Assembly (NCBI GenBank): GCA_021108295.1
Contig: JAIORF010000102.1
Location: 110,027-174,026, forward strand
DNA from: a bacterium
GTDB lineage: Bacteria > Patescibacteriota > Dojkabacteria > SC72
Reading direction: 5' to 3'
DNA: 64,000 bases
Shown: positions 1-9,400 of the stretch, one piece after another
Numbering within the stretch: the first letter of the stretch is position 1
Layout: each line of letters starts with the position of its first letter
Program-made: the position numbers and the translations under genes
Notes under the pieces: model-generated
What the model was told of the DNA's origin: nothing
What the model saw: only the letters and a program-made list of their open reading frames with translations
The model's database searches: none

Positions 1-200
1 TTGCGTTAGAGGAGTTTGGTATTCCTATGTATGATTTTACTCCTTTGCAGGTTAAGGATGCAGTTACAGGGTATGGGAGGGCGGATAAGAGGCAGGTGCA
101 GGAGAATGTAAAGAGGTTTTGTAAGTTAGAGAGTATTCCTAAGCCTGATGATGTTGCAGATGCAATGGCAGTGGCTATAGCTACTAGTAGGTTGGTATAG
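1..200 (+). CDS. ruvC: Holliday junction resolvase RuvC, C-terminal fragment (gene begins upstream of window)
   Basis: Frame-3 translation [65 protein letters not shown]-stop matches the conserved RuvC C-terminus; ruvA-ruvB lie downstream. Confidence 0.8.
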   Translation, partial: ALEEFGIPMYDFTPLQVKDAVTGYGRADKRQVQENVKRFCKLESIPKPDDVADAMAVAIATSRLV

Positions 201-254
201 AAAAGTATTATAAGGTTTGGTATACTGGAGGAATAAGTTTAATAAATACACATT

Positions 255-770
255 ATGGCACCACATTATAGTGAATTTGATCAAAGCTCCCCAAAAGATC
301 TTCTTTTGCAACGTCATGGGAAAGCAGTAGAATCTCTTGGAGAAATATGTGCAATGGAGAGTCTTGTTTCTGAGCAAATTGCCGAAGCTTTGGAAGAAAA
401 CGATTTATTATCCCTTGATTTTGTATCTTCTGGTAGTCGAGTTTATCCAGTTTCATTAGCAGTAATGTTACTAGATGGCAGTGAGAAGGAGTTAGTTAAT
501 AACAATCCCTCTGTTGATGAATTGGAACTTCTGGAAAAGATAATGCAACTTCCATCCACAAAGTCGATGTATAAAGGCTTTCTGGGACGAATACATGAAA
601 ATGAACGAAGTGTTCTTTTCGAGTCTAAGGATTGTAGGTGGAAAGGAGATGCTTTTAGAATAGTTCCAATTATTGGGGAATCTATACCTCGAGAGCGAGC
701 TGAGGAAATCCTTAGTGTGATTTCAAGTTCAGAGGGAGAGATTATTAATTGGAGAGTTGGAGGGGAATAG
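255..770 (+). CDS. Hypothetical protein, paralog A of a tandem pair (MAPHYSEF N-terminus)
   Basis: 171-aa ORF. It shares N-terminal MAPHYSEF, EICAM, SLDF and V(M/I)LP(V/I)IG(D/E) motifs with the next ORF; no recognisable domain. Confidence 0.5.
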   Translation: MAPHYSEFDQSSPKDLLLQRHGKAVESLGEICAMESLVSEQIAEALEENDLLSLDFVSSGSRVYPVSLAVMLLDGSEKELVNNNPSVDELELLEKIMQLPSTKSMYKGFLGRIHENERSVLFESKDCRWKGDAFRIVPIIGESIPRERAEEILSVISSSEGEIINWRVGGE

Positions 771-798
771 ATAGAAATAAGTTTGTTATAGAGATATT

Positions 799-1281
799 AT
801 GGCACCACATTATAGTGAATTTAGAGAAAAGCTTACAGGTGAACAATGTTTAGAGAAGTCTCTTAACGAGATATGTGCTATGGATTATCTCACTTCCGAA
901 GACTTACAATCCAGAAACTTTATATCTCTTGATTTCCTTAGGGATAATGATGGAGAAATTCGTCCAGTTGCTTTGGCTTTGGGACCTAGATTTGAGGGAG
1001 ATCTTCCCGATGTTAATGAGATGAAGCAGACTCCTTTCTTCAATCTCTATGTAAGCAGTGTTTATTGTGTTTTTTTAAATAGAGTGAAGAATAAGGACGC
1101 GAAGATTTTTGAGAAGATTAGTAAATATCCATATATATATTGGTATCCTGCTGGGCAGGATGTTGTGATGTTACCTGTTATTGGTGATCCCGTAAGCGAA
1201 GAACAAGTTGAAAAAATGTTTGAATTAGCTCCAGATACAGATACTCAAATATATGATTATGATTTCAGTGGAGTGTTTTAG
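799..1281 (+). CDS. Hypothetical protein, paralog B of the tandem pair
   Basis: 160-aa ORF. First 27 nt around the start codon are identical to paralog A (252-278 vs 796-822); otherwise diverged. Confidence 0.5.
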   Translation: MAPHYSEFREKLTGEQCLEKSLNEICAMDYLTSEDLQSRNFISLDFLRDNDGEIRPVALALGPRFEGDLPDVNEMKQTPFFNLYVSSVYCVFLNRVKNKDAKIFEKISKYPYIYWYPAGQDVVMLPVIGDPVSEEQVEKMFELAPDTDTQIYDYDFSGVF

Positions 1282-1326
1282 CTCTTAGAAATCTTTTACC
1301 ATATATGATATATTATAGGTATACAT

Positions 1327-1911
1327 ATGATCTCATACATACAGGGTAAAGTACTCAAAACATACATAGGTAAGCAATCCTATATCGATATCCTCATATC
1401 CAGTGGGGTAGGGTATAGGGTTTTTGTTCCTACTAACACTAAAGTTTTGCCAGTTAAGAGCGATATTAAAATATATACAAGTTTCCAGGTTAGACAAGAC
1501 AATCAGACCCTCTATGGCTTTGAGAAAGAGAGCGATAGGGACTTCTTTGAACAGTTGATAGGGGTATCTGGTATAGGTCCTAGAATAGGATTAGCCATAC
1601 TCTCTACATACCCTCAGGAAGAGTTGGAGGGTATCATCTTAGAAGGTGATTCTCGTAAGTTAAGTAAAGTGTCTGGTCTTGGTCTTAAAGGCTCTCAAAA
1701 GATTATATTAGAACTTAGGGGTAAGATAGATTTCAAGGATGAGGATAAGCAGAGTATAGAGAGTAAGCGTATTAGGGAGTTTAAGGATGCTATGAGAGCC
1801 TTAGGTTTTAGTGGAGAGTCTCTTAAGTTATACGTTAAGAAAGCAGAGAAGATTCTTGATAATGAGATGTTGGAGATAGAGGAGTTGCTTAAAAAAGTTT
1901 TGTCACAGTAG
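1327..1911 (+). CDS. ruvA: Holliday junction DNA helicase subunit RuvA
   Basis: 194 aa. N-terminal OB-fold region IQGKV, HhH repeats (GVSGIGPRIGLAIL; VSGLGLKGSQKII), C-terminal RuvB-binding domain; immediately precedes ruvB. Confidence 0.9.
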   Translation: MISYIQGKVLKTYIGKQSYIDILISSGVGYRVFVPTNTKVLPVKSDIKIYTSFQVRQDNQTLYGFEKESDRDFFEQLIGVSGIGPRIGLAILSTYPQEELEGIILEGDSRKLSKVSGLGLKGSQKIILELRGKIDFKDEDKQSIESKRIREFKDAMRALGFSGESLKLYVKKAEKILDNEMLEIEELLKKVLSQ

Positions 1912-1913
1912 TA

Positions 1914-2942
1914 ATGATTAAATCTAGTAAAAAAACTGAAGAGAAGAATAGGGGGAAGAATAGTAAGGTGGTTGCTAGTGCTGGATTGACAGATTCAGAA
2001 CAAAAGATTAGGCCATCTAGGTTTGATGATATTGTAGGTAGGGGACAGGAGAAAGAGACTATTAAGATGATGGTTGGTTCTGCTAAGAAGAGGAGGGAAG
2101 TAGTAGATCATATATTGTTCTATGGTCCTCCAGGATTGGGTAAGACTACGTTTGCAATGGCTATTGCCAATGAGATAGGTTCTTCTATTAGAATTACCTC
2201 TGGTCCTGCTATAGAGCGTCAGGGAGACTTGGCTGCTATACTCACTGGTCTTAAACCTAATGATGTTCTTTTCATTGATGAGATACATAGATTGTCTCCT
2301 ACTGTAGAGGAGATATTGTATCCTGCTATGGAAGATAGAGCATTGGATATCATTATGGGTAAAGGTCCATCTGCTAAAACCATTAGGTTAAACTTAGAGC
2401 CTTTTACATTGATTGGTGCTACTACTCAAATTGGTAAGATTAGTCCTCCTATGAGGGATAGGTTTGGTTTAGTACAAAGGTTAGATTTCTTTGAGCATGA
2501 GGATATGAATAGGATTATCAAAAGAGCTTGTAAGTTGTGGGGTATTCAGATAGAGGAGAGTGCTTTGGAGTTGCTTTCTATGTGTTCAAGAGGTACTGCT
2601 AGGATTGGTCTTAGGTTACTTCGAAGAGTACGGGATTATGCGCAGGACAAGGATAGGGATGTTGTTACATTAGAGATAGTACAGAGGACTTTTGAGTTAC
2701 TCGGTATTGATGAGATGGGGTTAGAGGGTATTGATAGGCAGATATTGGAATTAATACTAAACAGTTTTGGTGGTGGTCCTGTAGGTTTGTCTACATTGGC
2801 TGCCTCTTTGTCTGAAGATGAGGGTACTTTGGCAGAGGTTCACGAGCCGTATCTTATGAAGTGTGGCTTTATTAAACGTACTAATCGTGGTAGGGTATTA
2901 ACGGAGAAGGGAATTAGGTATATTAGTCAGCTATATGGATAA
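1914..2942 (+). CDS. ruvB: Holliday junction DNA helicase RuvB (AAA+)
   Basis: Walker A GPPGLGKTT, Walker B LFIDEIHRL, sensor and winged-helix C-terminus; conserved RFDDIVGQ-like N-terminus. Confidence 0.95.
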   Translation: MIKSSKKTEEKNRGKNSKVVASAGLTDSEQKIRPSRFDDIVGRGQEKETIKMMVGSAKKRREVVDHILFYGPPGLGKTTFAMAIANEIGSSIRITSGPAIERQGDLAAILTGLKPNDVLFIDEIHRLSPTVEEILYPAMEDRALDIIMGKGPSAKTIRLNLEPFTLIGATTQIGKISPPMRDRFGLVQRLDFFEHEDMNRIIKRACKLWGIQIEESALELLSMCSRGTARIGLRLLRRVRDYAQDKDRDVVTLEIVQRTFELLGIDEMGLEGIDRQILELILNSFGGGPVGLSTLAASLSEDEGTLAEVHEPYLMKCGFIKRTNRGRVLTEKGIRYISQLYG

Positions 2943-3753
2943 TATTGTTACTCAGAACACAGGAGAGGATAGTGTAAAGAGGTTAAAAATTATACTTCTT
3001 TCTTTTGTTTTGTCATTTTCCCTATTTTTTACTAAGATATTTGCTCAGGAATCTTCGTTACTCATGATCTATGTAGTAGGGGGTATATATTTCTTTGTCT
3101 CTGTGATTGGCTTATTGTGGGCTTTTAATTATAAGGTGAAGATTAGATCTTTAATTTATATCTTGCAGGGAGGTTTGTTTGTGTTTAGTGAGGTTCTTTT
3201 TGTGTTGGTGTTTTTCTTCCAGCAGTTTGATCGTATATATGAAGGTGTTTTGCTTTTCATTCTACTCTGTTTTATTTGGGTGATTACCTATGTTTGTTTC
3301 TTGATGGTAAATGTTTTTAATGTTGCTTTGTATAAGAGTTTGCCTTTGTTGCAGGTTGCTCAGACTGCTTCGTACATCCTTTCTTTGTTGATGATTTATT
3401 TCTTTACATTTTCTATTCTTACTAGTGGTTTCCCTTTGTATGTGATGTTTCCATTATTATTCATATTATATTTGTTTATATTGTTTATGCAGTTTAACGA
3501 ATTGGATATGGAGAAGGGTATTATATGGCGTAGGGTGATTTTGCTTTCGTTGATTAATATGTTTACAATTATCCCGTTTATATTTATAGGTTCAACTCAT
3601 GAGATTGTCGCTATAGTACCGACAGTAGGGGGTTTTGTTGGTGGTGGGCTGCTAAATCTTAGTGGGCAAAAGGATGTTAAGTGGCAGGTGTTTGGTTACA
3701 ATGTGATATTGCTAATTGCCATTGTTCTTGCAGTTTATTTTTGTTGGTTCTAA
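2935..3753 (+). CDS. Hypothetical polytopic membrane protein
   Basis: 272 aa with about 8 hydrophobic helices rich in F/L/I; overlaps ruvB stop by 8 nt. Confidence 0.5.
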   Translation: MDNIVTQNTGEDSVKRLKIILLSFVLSFSLFFTKIFAQESSLLMIYVVGGIYFFVSVIGLLWAFNYKVKIRSLIYILQGGLFVFSEVLFVLVFFFQQFDRIYEGVLLFILLCFIWVITYVCFLMVNVFNVALYKSLPLLQVAQTASYILSLLMIYFFTFSILTSGFPLYVMFPLLFILYLFILFMQFNELDMEKGIIWRRVILLSLINMFTIIPFIFIGSTHEIVAIVPTVGGFVGGGLLNLSGQKDVKWQVFGYNVILLIAIVLAVYFCWF

Positions 3754-3803
3754 TTTTTGTAGTATATATTCGAGAGTAGGGGTAGGGGTAATGTTACGAT
3801 TCT

Positions 3804-3843
3804 GTCCTATAGTGTGGGATGTCCTATAGTTTCACGGTGTGGA
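3804..3843. repeat. Direct repeat GTCCTATAGT(n)GTGTGGAT x2 in a long convergent intergenic region
   Basis: gtcctatagt at 3804-3813 and 3821-3830, each followed by gtgtgg(g)at; seen directly in the sequence. Confidence 0.3.
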
Positions 3844-4293
3844 TAAGTGAGTGCCAATACTCTATCAGTATGGTATCGAAGTATATTGGTTTGAGTTGTA
3901 GTGAACATCATCATCTGTGAGTGTGTGTAGATCTGTATACATCTGAGGAGAGGTGGTACTACTCTGTATCAGATATGTATGTATTTCTTCGTTGTATATA
4001 CCGAGTATAATCACGGTTATATGCGACTGGGTGTATATAATGTTTTAAACTTGGGGTTTCTTATATATTTTGTATTGTAGATATTTTAATTTGTTTTTTA
4101 TAATCTGTCTTCCAACTTCGATACTTCTTCTATTCATTTGTGTATGTTATTTATCTCTCTCGTCTTTTTCTTCTAAGACCCCCTACTCTGGGTATAGATT
4201 TTATGAAAGAGAGGGTTATTTATAGGGAGTATGGAAGAAAGCGCTTTACTAAAGGATAAACAGCACCAAGGCTCTGAGGGCGATTCTAAAGGT

Positions 4294-4328
4294 ACTTAGG
4301 TCTAGGGGCAGTATGAATAGACCTAAGT
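4294..4328 (-). terminator. Hairpin terminator (possibly bidirectional) just downstream of the 4330..4740 gene
   Basis: 11-bp perfect stem ACTTAGGTCTA / TAGACCTAAGT with a 13-nt loop, starting 1 nt after the minus-strand stop codon; T-rich on the plus-strand side. Confidence 0.45.
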
Positions 4329-4329
4329 T

Positions 4330-4740
4330 TTATTCTGGAGTTTGTGTTATGGATTTGTAAGTGTCAGATTGTTGTGCTTTTTCTACGAGTGCAATTGCTT
4401 CTGGATCTCCTTGTTTGTATTTTTCAAGTAGGTCTTTGGATTCGGTAATTGTATTTTTTATTTCTTCAATATATTGTAGAAACATTTTTTTGAGTTCTTC
4501 TAATGCGTTGTCTCCATAAACAGTAACGGAAATTTCTTTGAGAATGGTTTCGTAGTGTTCAGTTGATTTTGCATTTTGTAATCTTTGGTGTAGGGCTTGT
4601 AGTTCATGGTCAGAGGTTGTCTGTGCAAGTTCCTGAAGCATTATATCTACAATTTCTTCAGAGATTGTGTTGAAGAGTTCGTTTGAGGTTTTTTCATCTA
4701 AACCTAATTCTTTGATTTTTGTAATAATTTCTTTGTACAT
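4330..4740 (-). CDS. Hypothetical all-helical cytoplasmic protein
   Basis: 136-aa ORF 11 nt downstream of the 4751..6415 gene, so likely co-transcribed; charged and helical, no domain recognised. Confidence 0.5.
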   Translation of the reverse strand: MYKEIITKIKELGLDEKTSNELFNTISEEIVDIMLQELAQTTSDHELQALHQRLQNAKSTEHYETILKEISVTVYGDNALEELKKMFLQYIEEIKNTITESKDLLEKYKQGDPEAIALVEKAQQSDTYKSITQTPE

Positions 4741-4750
4741 GGGAGATGAG

Positions 4751-6415
4751 TTAATTTAAACTTAAGGTATCAAAAACTGTCCGAGCAGCAACTTCTGGTG
4801 ATACTCCATTAGATACAACATTCCACAGGTTTTGAGTAAATACATTACCTGCTTGTTGACCTTGTAGCATAGCTTGGTCAACACCGAGGTTTTGTAGAGC
4901 TTCTACAAAGGTTTTCTGTAAAGCTCCATGACTTCCTCCAATATTTCCCATTGCAAGATCTTTGCCTTGCCATCCAAGGCTACTTGGTTCCCATCCATAG
5001 TCAGAGGCTTTTAACCATTGTCCTTCAAAGAGATTTGTAGGGGTAGTAGGTGATTCTATAATTGGTGGTTGTGAGACTTCAGTTAGAGGTGTTTCAGGAG
5101 TTAAATTTGGTCTTTCTGGTGGTGTTGGATCTATATTAGATGTAGTTTCGAGCATATTAAAAATGTTTTTTATGGCAGAGCCGATACCGTATCCAGTTGC
5201 TCCACCAATTAATACTGCAGAGGTCTCCCCTAGTCTATCGGACCACCATTTTCTTCTTTCAATTTGTTTGTTGAGTTGTTCTAGCTGTTCTGTGGTCATA
5301 TTTCTTCTGTCTGTGAGGTTTATATCCTTTGTTTTGGTTCTAATTCTTTCTTCCATGTGTTTTAGGTTTTTCCCTGCAAAGCGTCCACCGATTGTAATTC
5401 CTATGACTGCAGCTATTGATAGGGGTGGTGTGGCAATGGCGACTCCACCTGCAGTGACTCCTGCAACTATTTTGATAATCTTTTCTTTTCGTGTTCTCTT
5501 TTGTTGAGATTCTTGTTCTTTTTGATTGAGTGTTGTTTGGAGATTTTCTCTTTCTAGGAGGAGGTTTAAGTAATGGAGTTTCTCACTGTCAGGTATGGTT
5601 CTTTCATCGTTATATTCACGGAGGGCTGTTTTAGCTTCTAGTGCTTCAATAGATTGGTTTAGTTCAACTAATCTCTGAGTGTCTGTTGGTATTGGTTTTT
5701 CTTCAGGTTGAGTTGTAGGAGTTACTATCTTTTGAGGTTCTGGTGTGGTTGGTGTAGGAGTTACATTGTTTTCGTCTTTAAGAGTTTTGAGTTCTTCCCG
5801 AATCTTTCCTCTTCTATTCTCAATTGCTCTTAACTCAGCTTTTAATTCTATTTCTTTTGGTGTTTCTGTTTGCACAGGAGGTTTTGCTTTTGCTTCTGTG
5901 TCATTGTCTGTGATGCTTTTAAAGCGATCAATTGGTGGTCTCGTATTTGCAGGTACCCAAGCACTTTGGCTTTCTGGTGTTGGGCCTGGCCCCATTATCT
6001 TTGGAGGGTTTCCATCACTTGATGGAATGGTTGGTGTAGGAGGAGCTGTTGGAGTTGTGTTGTCACGAGCTGCAATCCTTTCCAGAGCTATTGCTTTGCG
6101 AGCTTGAAGTTCTTCTGATAGAGCTTGTTTTTGTTTTGGTGTTAGTAATTGCTTATCTGTAGTTTCTGTGATTGGAATATCTGTTGGTTGAGTAGTAGTT
6201 GTAGGAATGACTTCTCGAAATGGTTTGACTTCATCTTCTGGCTTTGGTTGTGGAGTATGTGGAGTATGGTCTCCCCAGCCTTTTTTAATATGTTGAGGTA
6301 TAGCACTGTAGTCTCCTGTTATATTTCCTTCAGCAGGTGGGTTATCAGTAACAGATGGAGGGGTACTTAAGGGGGCTTCCTGTGGCATACCGCTTTGTAA
6401 ATTATCAGTGTTCAT
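4751..6415 (-). CDS. Pro/Thr-rich membrane protein with coiled-coil segments and Gly-zipper-like transmembrane helices
   Basis: 554 aa. Long PT-rich low-complexity N-terminal region with coiled-coil heptads, two Gly-rich hydrophobic segments (IVAGVTAGGVAIATPPLSIAAVIGITIGG; SAVLIGGATGYGIGSAI) and a ~150-aa C-terminal domain. Confidence 0.5.
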   Translation of the reverse strand: MNTDNLQSGMPQEAPLSTPPSVTDNPPAEGNITGDYSAIPQHIKKGWGDHTPHTPQPKPEDEVKPFREVIPTTTTQPTDIPITETTDKQLLTPKQKQALSEELQARKAIALERIAARDNTTPTAPPTPTIPSSDGNPPKIMGPGPTPESQSAWVPANTRPPIDRFKSITDNDTEAKAKPPVQTETPKEIELKAELRAIENRRGKIREELKTLKDENNVTPTPTTPEPQKIVTPTTQPEEKPIPTDTQRLVELNQSIEALEAKTALREYNDERTIPDSEKLHYLNLLLERENLQTTLNQKEQESQQKRTRKEKIIKIVAGVTAGGVAIATPPLSIAAVIGITIGGRFAGKNLKHMEERIRTKTKDINLTDRRNMTTEQLEQLNKQIERRKWWSDRLGETSAVLIGGATGYGIGSAIKNIFNMLETTSNIDPTPPERPNLTPETPLTEVSQPPIIESPTTPTNLFEGQWLKASDYGWEPSSLGWQGKDLAMGNIGGSHGALQKTFVEALQNLGVDQAMLQGQQAGNVFTQNLWNVVSNGVSPEVAARTVFDTLSLN

Positions 6416-6488
6416 ATTGATGTTAGACAGATTAGAATAGATACTAATATATAATCTAATGTTTAAAGATTAATGTCAATATGAAAAT

Positions 6489-9400
6489 GTGTGTATTTTT
6501 GTTAAAATGTTCATACATATGAAGCAATTTCTTAAAAAGAACTGGGGTAAGATATTATTAGCTACAATATTAGTTGTAATTTTAAGCCTATCCTTCAAAG
6601 TAGGATATTCATATATATCTAATGATAACTATTCTCCCGATCTCAATCCATTGTTAACTATTGAGAGAAGTATAATCTCTCCTGCATGGAGAAGTTATAG
6701 AGGACTTGGTTTTGCATCTGAAAGTGAACAAACAGATGTATTTAGATCTGTCTTTTACTATGTCACAGACATATTTCTACCTACATGGTCTCTTAGTCAG
6801 ATATTTGCCCTACTCTGTTTTGGTGTAGGGAGTTGGTTTACTGGTTTACTTGCATCTAATCTTGTTAGGGATTTTAGTAAAGAGAAATATTCAGAGTTAG
6901 CATTTTTACTTAGTGGGATCTTTTACATTACAACTCTCTGGACTGTATGGGTGTACTATTTAAATATGTTTCCATATATTTCACAGTTTGGGTTTCTACC
7001 GTTGCTAGTATGGAGTATTTATAGGTTGGTTAAAGATTTTAATTGGAAGAATGCATTAATTACGTTCTTTTGCAGTATTGTATTTACTTCTACATGTGTA
7101 ATTGCAACTTTGTTTGTAGTAGATGTTGTGGTTATATTTTTTCTTACATTAACTTTTGCTATATTTCATACAAAAGGTCTTAAAGAAATATTTAAGAAAG
7201 TATTTCTTACAATGTTATTGTTTGTATGTACACAATTGTTTTGGATATTGCCTTTTGTACACTATACAGTGAATGTAAGTGGAGATATTGTGGATTCTTA
7301 TGTTAACAGGAGTATTACTACTAGTGTTATTGATTTGGAACATGAAGCTTTAGATTCAATCGACTCTGCTCGAATGTATACGAGGATATTGGAAACTACA
7401 GATGATATGGTGGGAGAGAAGTATCTTTTCCCTGATGCTGAGGAGTATATGGTGTATGACTTCTATAAGTTTGTGGCATTAATCCCTGCGATATTGGGGG
7501 TCATAGGGATAGTATTCTCGATTGTAAAGAAAAGGTGGAAACTCTTACTACTTAGTATTCTTACAGTTGGTTCATGGTTTATCATAAAGAATCTTAATCA
7601 ACCTCTAGGGGAGACATATAGTCTTTTGCAAGAGTATGTCCCGTTATTCAAACAGGTATTTAGATGGCCTTCTTCGAAGATTGGGCAGATATATGTCTTC
7701 TCCTTATCACTAATTGCTCCGTTTGGTTTTGTGTATCTACTGGAATTCTTAACTTCTGTTTTGAAAAGGAAGGTATTAAAAGTTTCTCTTTGGGTAGTTT
7801 CAACACTGATGTTAATAACAATGCTTCTTTACTTCTCATCATATATGTTTGTAGGAGACCTTTTTGTAGAAAGATCAATTGTAGTCATTCCTGAAGAATA
7901 TTATCACTTAGAGCAATATCTAAATGAAAATGATAATAAAGGGAGGATCTTGTATCTTCCGACTGCAAATAGTAGTTACTTTAGGGAGTATGATTGGGGT
8001 TTTATTGGGTCTGGCTTTCTCCACTATATAGTTCCTAACCCTTTGATAGATATGTCTTTGGCAATTGGATCTAATGCTGGAGAAGAAGCGATGCGACAAT
8101 TAAAAGACTTCGAACTATCGCACGATGTAGAAAGTCTTGAAAGATTTCTTGAACAATATGATACGAAATATGTACTGATAGATAGAAACCTTGTAAAGGG
8201 TAGATACGGGCATGAATTAGATTGGACAATATCGAATATTCTTGCAGAAAGGTTAGATCTTGTTTGGAATGACTCAGATATATATCTTTATAAAACAGCA
8301 AAAGTGGAGGAAAGATTAACAGAATCTATGTCTCCTGAACTTAATACATTTACTAGAGAGGTTACTGTGTCCCCTACCCTTACACCTCTTAATATGCAGA
8401 TTAAGAATTGGAAGATAGAAGAGAATGAAATAGTTGGAACCTTTATACACGAAGGTCAAAATGTCTATCAATTACTAACAAATGGCGATATTGATATTTA
8501 CTCTTTACCGAGTAGTCTTGTATTGGAAGATAATCACATAATTGTTAAACCAGCTATACCTACTATAAACGATATCTCAACAGGTATTAGTAAAACCTTT
8601 GATAATGTCGACTATGATTACTATATGGTTGGAGAAAAAGTTTTTACAAAGAGTCAACTAGAAATAGGAGTTTCGGTGGACATACAATATACGGAATTAA
8701 TACAAATATATGGTGTTAGAGAAGGCGATTGGAATACAGATAATATGACCTCACATATTGCTTCAAATGGTAAAGCAGGAAATTGTTCTGGGACAGAGTT
8801 TGAAGAAGATATCTCTATACAGTTACAAGGACAGGCTTCAGGGTTCTCTGTTTCAGGTGATTCTGAACTTCCGTGTATATATTCTAGTATAGATTTGTTT
8901 GAAAGTGGTGTAGCCAAGATAGAACTTAATTGGGAAAATATTACAGAAAACACATATGTTGGATACTGTTTGTACTCTCAGCAATATGAGAAATGTGTAA
9001 ACGAAGAGAAATATATATATTCAGAGGATCAACTAGGACAAGAAGAGATCCTACTTCCATACAGGTTAAATAAAAGTGATGATTTGACACTTACAATATA
9101 TGTTTACTCTCCTACGCTAGATGATGTAGAAACAATATTTAGAAATATACAGATTAGTATTCTCTCAAATCTCGAAAGGATTTCAGTCTCTTCATATAAG
9201 GAGACCTTATACAAAGCAGGTATTCTCTTGGAGAATACCAAGGAGTACACATTGAGTATTCCTGTGATATATGGAGATAGTAGTTACATATACTTTTCCT
9301 CTACGAAAGAGAATATGATATGGAAGATGAATGATGCTCAAGACGGTGGGGAACTTAAGGTAGAATGGAATAATGGAATAAGTCAGACTGTACAGGGACA

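Noticed and set aside
1995-2288. 97-aa minus-strand ORF inside ruvB
   Set aside because: It is fully antisense to the well-supported ruvB and is low-complexity; a spurious ORF.
4111-4328. Possible plus-strand sRNA ending at the 4294-4328 hairpin
   Set aside because: The hairpin begins 1 nt after the stop of the minus-strand gene 4330..4740 and is better explained as its terminator, possibly bidirectional. sRNA is retained only as a low-interest possibility for the wider spacer.
5163-6370. Three plus-strand ORFs (114, 120, 73 aa) opposite the 4751..6415 gene
   Set aside because: They are antisense to a long continuous ORF; Gly/Val/Ser-rich composition is typical of the reverse frame of a Pro/Thr-rich gene.
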